Source: Octopus bimaculoides (lineage: Eukaryota). Taken from it: a DNA stretch of 37,144 nt. The DNA lies in the NCBI RefSeq assembly GCF_001194135.2, contig NC_068981.1:175229290-175266433 (forward strand), read 5' to 3'. Numbering within the stretch: position 1 is the stretch's first letter; each line of letters starts with the position of its first letter. Shown piece after piece: positions 11,561-21,850 of this stretch. Made by a program: the position numbers and the translations under genes. A model generated the notes under the pieces. That model had not been told where the DNA came from. It saw only the letters and a list, made by a program, of their open reading frames with translations, and did not search any database.

Positions 11561-11610
11561 AAATTCATAACTCAAAGACAATGTACACGCACACACTCAC
11601 ACAGTTAAGG

Positions 11611-11932
11611 AGCACTCCGTCAGATACGACGACGAGGGTCCCAGCTGATACGATCAACGGGACAGCCTGCTCGTGAAATTAACGTGCCAGTGACTGAGAA
11701 TGCACAGAAACGTATACCCCTAACGTAGTTCTCAGGGAGATTCAGCGTGACACAGAGTGTGACAAGGCCGGCCCTTTCAAATACAGGTACTACTCATTTT
11801 TGCCAGATGTGTGGACTGGAGCAACGTGAAATAAAGTGCCTTGTTCAAGGACACAACGCGTCGCTGGGAATTGAACTCACGACCTTACGATCGTGGGCCG
11901 AATGCCCTAACCACTAAGCCAAGCGCTTTCAC
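11611..11932 (-). mobile_element. tRNA-derived SINE, group A (full length)
   Basis: The reverse complement begins GTGAAAGCGCTTGGCTTAGTGGTTAGGG and aligns with 1250-1578. Confidence 0.9.
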
Positions 11933-12195
11933 TTACACAAATACATACATATTCTCCAATATGTTCTTGATCACTATAGGTTCCACACGAAACAGCCTTA
12001 GCAATTTAACTATTCCACTGGCTCTTCCTCCCATTCTACTTTGTTCTTTACATGTTCATCCACCCATTATTAAACTTCAGCCATATTTCCAAGATAATTT
12101 TCCATCGCTACAAAGCAATACAATTGCACTCTTTTTCTCTTTTATACAGAATTCACCTCTCAGTTGTAACTTGTTTCTCTAACATAATTTTATTG

Positions 12196-12310
12196 AAATG
12201 AAGTTTTTCATTTATCTTTATAATTCCTTACAAAATTATCTTTTATTATAAGTTGAATAAACTATTGAACGAAACTTGAAATCACAATCGAATATTTTCT
12301 CCTAAAATGT
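12196..12310 (+). repeat. ~115-bp dispersed repeat, copy 1
   Basis: AAATGAAGTTTTTCATTT..CTTACAAAATTAT..AATAAACTA.TGAACGAAACTT..CTAAAATGT is repeated at 15703-15817. Confidence 0.85.
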
Positions 12311-12330
12311 ATGGTATACATACTTACATT

Positions 12331-12473
12331 ACGATGGGCCTCTTATAGTTTCCGTTTACCAAGGCTTTGGTCGGCCTGAAGCAATAATAGAATGCAATTT
12401 CTCAAGATGCTACATAGTTGGACTGAATCCGGAACCATGTGGTTGAGAAACAAACCTCTTGCCATGCAACCAC
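12331..12473 (-). mobile_element. Group C SINE head, degenerate
   Basis: CAAGGCTTTGGTCGGCC..GACTGAATCCGGAACCATGTGGTTG matches 2960-3100. Confidence 0.8.
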
Positions 12474-14049
12474 TTAATCGGTTGAAACCAAAATTGCCTG
12501 TCGAATACTACCTGTTTCTCTTCACAAATTGATTCTTCATCTCATCATTATAGAAGAGATGTTCATAGCAAAATTTGATGGTTTTGTAATGTGACAGATG
12601 GAGGTTTTCTCCTATCGTCTAAGCAGTAAGGTAAGCAGTTTTTCTTCTCATTATTTAGCGGAAATTTCCTTTCAATGTCGCTTATTTACAATCCTTATTT
12701 AGCAATAAATCGTGAGCCTTTTATGGATTAGAAGGAGATAATTCTAGATGCGAAAAAAAAAACGAAAAAAGAAAAACATGGATTACCTTTTTAAGATACC
12801 ATAAGAATAAATCTGGAAGGAATGTATTTGTGAAAAGAAAAGAAAAAGAAGAGGGGATAAGTGGAGATAAAAGACATGGAATTAAAAAGAAACAGTGAAT
12901 AATACAGGAGACGAAAAGTAAATAATAGACCACTTGCATTTACTACTGAGTCAGCACAAAGTCATTACTAATCTTAGCGTGTAGTTGTTTACATAGATTG
13001 TATCTTCTACTCAGCTCATAGTTTACTCACATCTCGTGTCATTGCTTAAAGGACTGACATAGAACTGGATCGCAGTTAGTAAGAGAACTGTTTACTTTGA
13101 TTGAGAATCAATATAAGAACTAAGAAAAGCTCCTCAACATGACAGGTATTGCTATTCAATTAGCAAGCATTTAACACCTTAAGGTTCCTCTATTCAGGTG
13201 GATCTTATCATTTTATACGTCACGATATAATCTTGCATTGTAAATTAGATATGGTATTTTAAATGGTGGTTATATGTATGCACGATAAATGCAAATGAAT
13301 ACTTGATTTATTCCATTAAATTCTAGCAAATTGTCGGTTAGATTGTTGCACACTGATACGCAATTGATGCCATTGCATATATGAAACAAAGACAACGTTT
13401 TAGTATGTACTTGATCAATCTTAGCTAGCTTCAAAATATGTCACGACGATTTTAAGCTGAGCTTTGTTAGTTCACCAGATGACCTATAGTTCTCAGTACA
13501 CGTCACAAAACTATATTACGTGGCTCAGCTTGATTTTAATTGAAGATTACTACCATTCTCCAAATTGCTGCAACATGTAATGCTTGTGTAAAACATAAAA
13601 TATTAATTTAGTAGCATATAGAAACACATCACAGTTAGACAAGTTAAATTTTCTTCTCACAAATCTCATATATAACCTCGCAACTCTTCTCTTTTTTTTT
13701 TCATTAGAAGCTTCTATTCAAATATTGTAGATGTAAGTCGTAATACATTCTTTCGGACATGGTCTAGATTACTTTGTTTAATGTAGGAAAAGCATCTTCA
13801 AAGATCTCGTACTTCTTGGTATATTTTAAAATCTCACAGACTTAAAATTTGTGCTTGATCTTCTGGTATTCAATTTAGAAAATATGCTCAAAATCTGGAA
13901 CTGTAAGTAGGAATATGGCTGGAATAGCCCCCACATTATATACTTTTTTTTAGCATTCAGCTCTACTCTAAATATCCATGGCAATTCCACCCAAATCTGC
14001 GCATTAACCTCTCTCACTCCTCCCGGCCCGTATAAACACTCACACGAAG

Positions 14050-15190
14050 TACGGAAATAACTTTAGTTCCTTGAAACAGCAGTCCCATCAATTTTGGTAA
14101 TATTCTTTCGACTATACTCAAGCGATGCTCTTTAGACCTGTTTTTATACTGAGCAAACTCTTCAGTTTCTACTTTTCTACATCTCCAATTTCATAGAAAG
14201 CCATCCCCTTCTAACCTGGTCAATTTATACCCTAATCCTCTCGTCTGTAATATCTCTGAGATAATGGAGACAGTCATAAAGTATGACGTTCTTCGACACC
14301 TCCAGAACGGCTTCCACAGAGCCATATACTCTGACGTCTTATTCTTTTAATTCATTCACGGTACAGAAGTTTGGTGAAAGGTGTACTGTTACTGTAAAGT
14401 TCAGCAGAGCTTTCAAACGTGAGCGACAAGTACACTACCAAAAATTGCCTTCCTACAAATTTCCACTCATTTCTCACCTCTGTGATCGGTAACTTCATGT
14501 TTTCCCACAGTATTACCCACGTGCAGATGGATTTCTTTCTTCCCCACTCAAAATCTACTCTGGTGTTCTCCAGGGTTTGATTTTAATCCCATATTTTCTT
14601 CCTTCAATACATCAATCACTTACTTTCTATCACATCCAACAGCACCCATTCTTATTAAGACAATACGACCTTTCATTCCTCACATACGTTCCCCCAAAAT
14701 GCAGCAAACACATGCAGCAACCACGACATCACACATAAAACCTGCACTGATTAAAAATAACAGAATCCTTGAGAGCATCCATCACAGGGTGCATATTAAC
14801 ATTGTGTTTTTAAAAGTAAAAATGAAAAAGTAACTCAACTACTTCTCGTATCAATGAAAATAACACCGTACTTAACCCCAAATCGCGAAAGATACTTAGA
14901 GCCTTCACAATAGTTCCAAGTCAGTTCCCGAACTTCTTTCTTGGCGAAAGCACATTCATAACATATCTAAAGGCACACCCAAAAGACATCTTTGAAACTA
15001 TTTCAGCCTCTTACAGTACCCTAGAAGTGAAGTCTACAATAAATATGTCCCCATTTCTGGGACGCTAACGCAACTGTGCTCACAGGAATCATGAACAACA
15101 CCTGGAAAAGGGCTACTCGACTAAATGACATTCAATCTTTAACGCAACGCTCCAGCCTTTGGCCCACAGCCGTGCTTTCTCACCCACTTG
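14050..15190 (+). pseudogene. Decayed CR1-like non-LTR retrotransposon reverse transcriptase
   Basis: Motifs in the expected order: FGERCTVTVKFSRAFKR..QKLPSY (cf. FGE..VALDISKAFDRVWH..KLPSY), SGVLQG at 14559-14576 (cf. SGVPQG), INHLLSITSNSTHSY*DNTTFH (cf. INDLL..HSYADDxTLH), then KRATRL and LQPLAHSR (cf. LQPLAHRR). Confidence 0.8.
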
Positions 15191-15243
15191 GTCTCTTTCC
15201 TTCTCTGTCTCTGTATCCCTCTTTCTCTTTCTCTCACTATCAG

Positions 15244-15271
15244 TTTGTCTGTCTCTCTGTGTCTCTCTCTG

Positions 15272-15318
<47 letters not shown>
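15244..15318. repeat. (TC)n/(TCTG)n microsatellite
   Basis: Direct reading. Confidence 0.95.
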
Positions 15319-15322
<4 letters not shown>

Positions 15323-15702
15323 TGTGGATATTAAAAATGTTTCAGATTCTTTCTCTGAGCTTTCTTTTCTCGAATCTCCACTGCTCACGAATTCTCGATC
15401 CGCTGATCTTTCCACCTCCTGTCACTCTTTGTGTCAAAGTATATGGCTCTGTGGAAGCCGTTCTGTTGGTGACGAAGAACGTTATACTTCATGGCAGTCT
15501 CTATTATCTCAGAGGTAGTAGAGGTGAAACAATAGGGTATAGGTTGGCCAGGTTAGAGGGGTGCTGGTTTTCTTTGAATTGGACATGCTGAAGCGTGCAA
15601 CGGAATGACAGTGTATATCTCTGTAGAAAGTCGGAAATTGAAGAGTTTGGTCAACATAAAAATATGTTCTAAGGAACAGCGCTTGAGTATAGTATTTTCC
15701 TA

Positions 15703-15817
15703 AAATGAAGTTTTTCATTTGTCTTTATAATGCCTTACAAAATTATTTTTTACTACAGGTTAAATAAACTAGTGAACGAAACTTAAAATTACAATCAAAC
15801 ATGATTTTCTAAAATGT
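15703..15817 (+). repeat. ~115-bp dispersed repeat, copy 2
   Basis: Direct-orientation match to 12196-12310. Confidence 0.85.
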
Positions 15818-16289
15818 TAATCTCAGTTATTCCCAGTTTTTTTTTTCTCGCCACAATATCGTCCCTCTGGAATCTTATTGCTACTAACATCTTTCCTGCT
15901 TGTTGACCTACAGCCGTTTAAACATTCATCACACCAGTCTCTAGGGCTTGCAGATACCAAGGGCAATACTCCTTCCTCCAAACACAATAAGTAAAGAAAG
16001 GAGGCTGTACTCGGTTACCTGCTAGTAGTAACGATCCTAAGCGACAAGACATAAGATACATACATACATACATATCACTCCAGCCAGCATAAAGGCAAGA
16101 CAAAACTACTATCTCTCTCTGTTCAGCTTCGTCATATCACAGCGTTCAATATCTCATCGCGTTTGGCCCTACGGCCTTTAATGTTGTTTCCACTGTTTCA
16201 TTTTTCCTGTCTTGGTTTGTGATTGCTACCTTGGAATCCTCTGTTTAGTAGGTTAATCCACTATACAGGAAGAGTTATTCTAAGAGCGC

Positions 16290-16355
16290 GTTCTGCTTCA
16301 TCTTCGAAACGCCTAGTTTAGAAGAGAGGCAGCTGATGAAGGAAAAGTTCCATAA
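16290..16355 (+). other. Hammerhead-like hairpin motif (putative ribozyme remnant), copy 1
   Basis: GTT, then a hairpin CTGCTTC/GAGGCAG plus TCTTC/GAAGA with GAAAC near the apex, then CTGATGA (16333-16339) and a GGAA-AAG-TTCC stem. Aligns without gaps to 31713-31766 (-). Confidence 0.45.
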
Positions 16356-16539
16356 GTGGCTCGTCTGTTTTCCCATGTGTTCATTCTGTTGTCTGTAAAA
16401 AAAAGTTCGTTTTTTGTGCTTTGTTTATGTTCCCGTTCCTTTTCTGACGTCCTGTACCCGGATATACATCTATATATACATGTAGATGTAGGTATGTACA
16501 TATATGTATGTATACATGCATATGCTCATATATCATTTG

Positions 16540-16577
<38 letters not shown>

Positions 16578-16615
16578 GAGAATATATATATATTATATGT
16601 ATATAGATACGTCTA

Positions 16616-16806
16616 AGGCGGCGAGCTGGCAGAATCGTTAGCATGCCGGATAAAATACTTAGCGGCATTTCGTTCGTCCTTACGTTCTGAGTCCAAATTC
16701 CGCCGAGGTTGCCTTTTCTTTTCATCTTTTCGGGGTCGATAAGTTAAGTACCAGTGTTTCACCGGAATCGTTGTAATTGACTTGTCCGCTTTCCCCGAAT
16801 TTCAGG
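16616..16806 (+). mobile_element. tRNA-derived SINE, group B
   Basis: AGGCGGCGAGCTGGCAGAATCGTTAG head, GAGTCCAAATTCCGCC, TTTCGGGGTCGATAAG..AAGTACCAG. Matches 18019-18250. Confidence 0.9.
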
Positions 16807-17070
16807 ATAAATGCGTATGTGCATGCGTGCGCGCGCGTGTGTGATTGTTAATACGAATTGCATAGCGAATTATTGACTCTGGTTTCATATACTTGTTTCC
16901 ACACCCACCACGAGGGAAACAGATTGCAGAGATGATTGAATAAAGCTGTTATTATTGTTGCTCCTCTTTTGTTCGAAATCATCACTGATGAAACTAGTTC
17001 TTTACCAAGTGTATTCTTGTTGTAACCAGCTTGTTTTTCTCTATTAGTAGGAAAACAAAGAATACCTTAC

Positions 17071-17219
17071 CCTGTGTATGCTTTTCTAATACGATGGGAT
17101 GGATTTCGAGGGAGATTTATCAGCCATTTCAAATAGACGGAGCGAGCATGTAGAAGCTCCCTCATATGCTTACGTGCGGAATAATGTCTCGTAGTGTCTT
17201 TACCGGGGCATCTTAACTT
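17071..17219 (-). CDS. Candidate 149-nt internal coding exon of an unidentified gene
   Basis: On the minus strand, TTAATGTTAATTTACTACAG acceptor and CAGG|GTAAGG donor. Only one frame is open (KLRCPGKDTTRHYSARKHMRELLHARSVYLKWLINLPRNPSHRIRKAYTG), and it stops inside the donor. The protein is not recognised. Confidence 0.3.
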
Positions 17220-17789
17220 CTGTAGTAAATTAACATTAACTGTCTTGAACATTAAATTCACGCAGACAGATTAGAGAGAAATCATTACTTAAAAGCCACT
17301 AGCTAAAAGAGAAATTACAACTATTGTGTTATTAAATATCGTGTAAAGGAATGTAAAGTTGAAAAAAATATACATAATAAAAAAAAAAGGTGAAAACGAA
17401 GAATAAATAATGTTTAAGCAATTTTTATATTGTCAACTCTTAAAGAAAAGAACTAATCAAAGGAGAACGAAAATTGCATAAATAAAAAGAAGAAAAAAAG
17501 ACATATATAAAATAAAATAAAGCAACCGAAATAGTTTTGGACTCTAATTGAAAGAGTATTGTGGTTGATGTTCTTGTTGTCGTCGTCGATGCTGCTGTTG
17601 TTGTTGTTATCACTTTATGTTTAGATATTGGCAACATATTGAATGAAGAATAGTCTGCAACAAAAGAACGTTTTATTTTTTTTTAAAATTAATTATTGCT
17701 CTTTTCACTTTATATAACTTTGAAATAGAAAATAGCAGTAATTAGCAGGACTGCTGCTACAAATCATCGCCATCTTCAGCAACGGCAGC

Positions 17790-17868
17790 AGCTGTAGTAG
17801 TAGTAGTAGTAGTTGTAGTAGTGGTGGTGGTGGTGGTAGTAGTAGTAGTAGTAGTTGTAGTAGTGATG

Positions 17869-17929
<61 letters not shown>

Positions 17930-17980
17930 CGGCGGTGGTGGCGGCGGTGGCGGCAGTGGTGGTGGTGGTGGTGGTGGTGG
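17790..17980. repeat. Compound (TAG)n/(TGG)n/(CGG)n trinucleotide tract
   Basis: Direct reading; source of the poly-Y/poly-H ORF at 17776-18099. Confidence 0.95.
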
Positions 17981-18018
17981 TATATGTGTTGCTTTTTTAA
18001 TATCAGCATACGAGATGA

Positions 18019-18250
18019 GAGCGGCGAGCTGGCAGAATCGTTAGCACGCCGGCGAAAATGCTTAACGGCATTTTGTCTGCCTTTATGTTCAAAGTTCAAA
18101 TACCGCCAAAGTCGACTTTATCTTCATCCTTTCGAAGTCGATAAAATAAGTACCAGTTGAGTAATGGATTCAATGTAATCGACTTAACCCCCTCCGCCCT
18201 GTAACCTCCAGAAATTGCTGGCCTTGTGCCAAAATTTGAAACCAATATTA
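18019..18250 (+). mobile_element. tRNA-derived SINE, group B (full length)
   Basis: GCGGCGAGCTGGCAGAATCGTTAGCACGCCGG head; tail GAAATTGCTGGCCTTGTGCCAAAATTTGAAACCAATATT. Confidence 0.9.
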
Positions 18251-18312
18251 GTCCAAAAGCAGAAATTTGGTAAGATGGAGCTAGTCATTTAAATCGTCCT
18301 CAGTTGTGTTGC

Positions 18313-18438
18313 ACTGGTACTTTATTTTTTTTATCAAACTCGGAGGAAGAAAGGCAACGCTGTTCTCGGTAGAACTTGAATTTAGACCCTAAAGTGTTTT
18401 GAACACGTACCGAGAGTCATTTTGCCCGATACTCTAAC
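18313..18438 (-). mobile_element. Degenerate group B SINE
   Basis: ACTGGTACTTTATTT..GAAAGGCAA..GAACTTGAATTTAGA..CATTTTGCCCGATACTCTAACG is the reverse complement of the group B head and body. Confidence 0.6.
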
Positions 18439-18440
18439 GT

Positions 18441-18658
18441 AGAAGCGCGTGTCTTAGTGGTTAGGGTGTTGGACTCATGATCGTAAGATTGTAGCTTCGA
18501 TTTCTGCACCAGGCGACGTGTGTTCTTGAGCAAAATACTTCATTTTACGTTGCCCCAGTCCACTCAGCGGGCAAAAATGAGTAATCCTACGACGGACCGG
18601 CGTCCTGTCCAGGTGGGGAATATATATGCCATTGAAACTGGGAAACCGGGCCTTATGA
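18441..18658 (+). mobile_element. SINE with group A head and core but a different 3' tail
   Basis: The head GCGCGTGTCTTAGTGGTTAGGG and core CCAGTCCACTCAGCGGGCAAAAATGAGTA match group A. The tail ATCCTACGACGGACCGGCGTCCTGTCCAGGTGGGG does not. Confidence 0.8.
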
Positions 18659-18726
18659 GAGAGAGTAACTAAACTACTTTATATTCTAACGATTATGTCA
18701 ATCTACTGCTCTGAGGTGGCAGTAGT

Positions 18727-18920
18727 AATACTGGCTTCAAATTTTAGCACATGGTCAGCACTTTCGGGGGAGGGAAAAAGTCGATCAAATCAACGCTAGT
18801 GTTCAACTGGTATTTATCTCATCGAGAAAGAAGACGAAAAGTAAAATCAACTTCGGCGGAATTTGAATGCTGCTAAACATTTTTGCCTTTCGTGGTAACG
18901 ATTCTGCCAACTCGCTTCCT
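18727..18920 (-). mobile_element. Group B SINE with internal deletion
   Basis: The reverse complement matches both ends of 18019-18250 (AACGATTCTGCCAACTCGC head; TTCAAATTTTAGCACATGGTCAGCA tail). Confidence 0.8.
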
Positions 18921-18949
18921 TGGTGGATTTTGTAATATTACTATTGTGT

Positions 18950-19450
18950 TACGGATACTTCTAAGTAAAAGCTTCTGTAAAGATTTCCCAAATATGTCGG
19001 TACAAGTTGTCGCTCTATCATTACTGATCCGTGAATTCACCAAGATTTGAACTAGGAAAAAATAGGACCTGGTTTTGGAAGAATAACCACAATTCATTAT
19101 TCAATGGGTTGGTTCCTAAGAAATCAAGGATGGTCTGCGTCAAGAAGTATCTAGTAATAACTTTTTCAGCATTGAATAATTTTTGGGAAATTAATTCTAA
19201 GATGTGAGGAACGATCTTACCTTACGTGGTATATTATGAAATTATTGATTTCATTTTGACGTTATTTGTTTAAAAAACTTTTGAAGTTTTTCGTTTTGTT
19301 TCTAGTTTCCTCTATCTAAATTTACATTTTATTCATTAAATCTAATATTCTCATTATCGTCGACATCTTTTCATTGCCGTGGTTATTGCTGCGGAGTAAT
19401 ATTGTTCAGATCTGTTCAATAATCCTAACATACTAAACTAGATGGTAAGA
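18950..19450 (-). pseudogene. Probable decayed CR1-like RT fragment
   Basis: The minus strand reads AITTAMKR (cf. AxITPxFKKG), ILDFLGTNPL (cf. IxxFLxxNxL), CGYSSKTRSY (cf. HGFLPKRSC) and DIFGKSLQK (cf. DFxKAFDK) in the expected order. Weak identity. Confidence 0.45.
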
Positions 19451-20404
19451 ATCGTTTATAGCTTTGACGCTCTATCTATTCGCTGTGAAGATGAAGCCAT
19501 AAGATTGAGGACTTGTTATGTGCAATTACTCTTTGAGATAAGATTGGTGTAGGAAGTTGTTAATATATATTTGGCAGTTACAAAAGGAAGACGAATGACA
19601 AAGCTAGTTTAAACGCCTTTTGGTAATATATGGATTAATAGATATCGGTTGATGGAACCAACTTTTCTCATTTGGAATTCGTAGTTCATTCGTTCAGTTA
19701 AAGTGAGAATTTATGTTTAGTGTTTTGTAGTTGGTAGATATGAAATATTTGAGTGAATAAAGTATTAAACTACCAGTTCACAGGAAGCGATTTTAAATCT
19801 TATGTAGGCTTTTGTTGTGTTATTGAACAAGCCATTTGATTTCGCGTGTATTCACTTTACCTAACTAGTTGGGAATGGATACCAGATTAAAGAATGGTAC
19901 TTGTATTTGACTGGCTTTCTCATGGCAATAGATTTGACTTGCACATATCTTTATGCAATTAAAGTAGAGATAAGATTTCTGTCGAAGATTAAAGGGAGAG
20001 AGAGATATTCAAAGAGACAGCGAGAAAAGGTGAGCAAAAGTAAGTATATGTTTGAAGTTAGTTTGTAATATTAGACAGATAATTAAGTTTCATATTCTGA
20101 TTAACTTTATTTCTTCAATTCGTAAATGATTTATCAAATATTCCTTCCTTGATATAAAATGACGCTCATAATTAACATATTCATTGGAAGCAAGACACTC
20201 TGAAAATTAGAACTATATGAAGTGCTGATATATAAATGCACAATTCTCTTCACTTACATGACACATGCATATGTGTGTGATTTCATGTATAAATTTCGAT
20301 TCATAAATAAGAGTTGTAAATGAATTCAGTAAAGAAATACAGACTAATCATTTATGGTAGTATTGATACTATTCTCTGCTGCTTACAGCTTCCCCCACAC
20401 ATGC

Positions 20405-21850
20405 ACAAATCTAAAGTAAAACTTGAAAACCATCTACGCGGTGACTACTTATATCCGCTTCGAAACGTCCCTCTGCACCCGATCACTGATGTGTTGCTTT
20501 CACCTGAACCTAAGATCTAGTTTGACGTCAATGATGTCGAGTTGTTCATGCAGAAGGCGAGATCCAAATGTGTTTCAGTCAAAAAAAAGTTTAGTATATA
20601 AGTTATGCAAGCGCTGTCCTGAAATTGTCAAAGTATTTTACAGCGTGCATGGAGAAGGGCTTCAATTTGTCTAAAGCAGAAGGGATTTTATTCTTTAATC
20701 AGTTTCAGCTGCTAACCTTTGTTGATGTAGAAGGCACGCTGTTTTATGTGGTATGAACGAGGAGGATATCAAGATTTCTACCGTTGAGTGAACTCATAAG
20801 TACATCAATATAGGAAGTTGGGTCCCGTTATTCCTAGGATGTTTTGAATATGTTCAAGTGATTTGGAGCTCCAAGAAGTAGGTAGTTCCCTTCAGTTGTC
20901 AGGATTAACCTCATGAAGGCCTATGAATCACTTCACCATGTCTTGAAAAACCTTAGATTTTCTGTATTCTTGGACATGTGAAGGAGCTTTGCATGCTGTT
21001 CCTTAGATCAGAAATCTTGTAGTTAACCTCCAAGGACTTCACAATGAACTAAGAGTAGGGCAGCGTGATGGAGTGCATCGTTTCTCTAAATCCTCTCCGA
21101 GATAGATAAGCAGTTGGTCCTGAAAGATATATGAAGATGAAAGGAAGAATGCAGATCAATGGACATTTCGTACTGTCACCATTAGGGGCTTTTATTGATG
21201 ACATTCTTTCCATAGTAGAAACAGGAAAGGAATTAAAAGTTATTTCAATGAACTTCTTCAGCAGTGTCAGGACACAGTCTATTCATAATGTGAAGGTTAG
21301 GCCAAGAAGTATCCCTATGAAAGTGAAAAGATGAGTTCAAATATTAGTGTACAGGCAATTATTTAAAGCATACCCCTTAATGAAGCCTGGAAAGGTGTTA
21401 AGATTCAAGCCAAACTGAAACCGGAGCTAACTGCTATAGATAACTCAGCTTGGCATTCAAGTTTAAGATGAAGTATTATCAACATGGCTTTTTTGCAAAA
21501 TTCTTATAACCTCTTCAACTGTATGAAATATTAACAATAGTGAAAAGAATGGAAAGGTTTTCAAAGCAGGTCGCTCCAAAAGAGGCTTTGTACACCACCA
21601 TACCGTACAAAATTGGGTTGCATAGTGCTGCTGCAAAACTACTGCTGTTTGTTACTTCACTAATGGAGAAGTTTAAATTACCAAAATCACACTGCCACAT
21701 GATGGCGCAAGTTTTGGTCAATACCATTGTTCATTCAATCCAGAAACTGGAATGAGAGAAAAGGAGGTGAAATGGCAGAGACCACAAACGAAATGAAAGT
21801 AGAGATAAGTAGGAAGGAAAACTCAGATTCAGGTTAGTTACGATCAGTAA
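20405..21850 (+). pseudogene. Decayed HERO-like (R2-group) non-LTR retrotransposon RT region
   Basis: Ordered motifs across frames: KLENHL, KARSK, YKLCKRCPEI, AEGI..NQFQ..DVEG.LF, GCFEYVQVIW, SVVRINLMKAYES, SPLGAFIDDI (FIDD at 21191-21202), YQHG..L*PLQLYEI, ALY..TSLMEKFK. These match the HERO-type RT pattern as recalled. Confidence 0.8.

Noticed and set aside
21515-21727. Minus-strand NPILYGMVVYKA resembling a Naiad-type PLE C-terminus
   Set aside because: The plus strand carries a long ordered series of HERO-like RT motifs through the same bases, so the minus-strand match is coincidental.
21540-21755. Host-gene exon (protein-like ORF)
   Set aside because: It lies in frame with upstream QHG..PLQLYEI and is explained as the LINE RT C-terminal region; no good splice sites.
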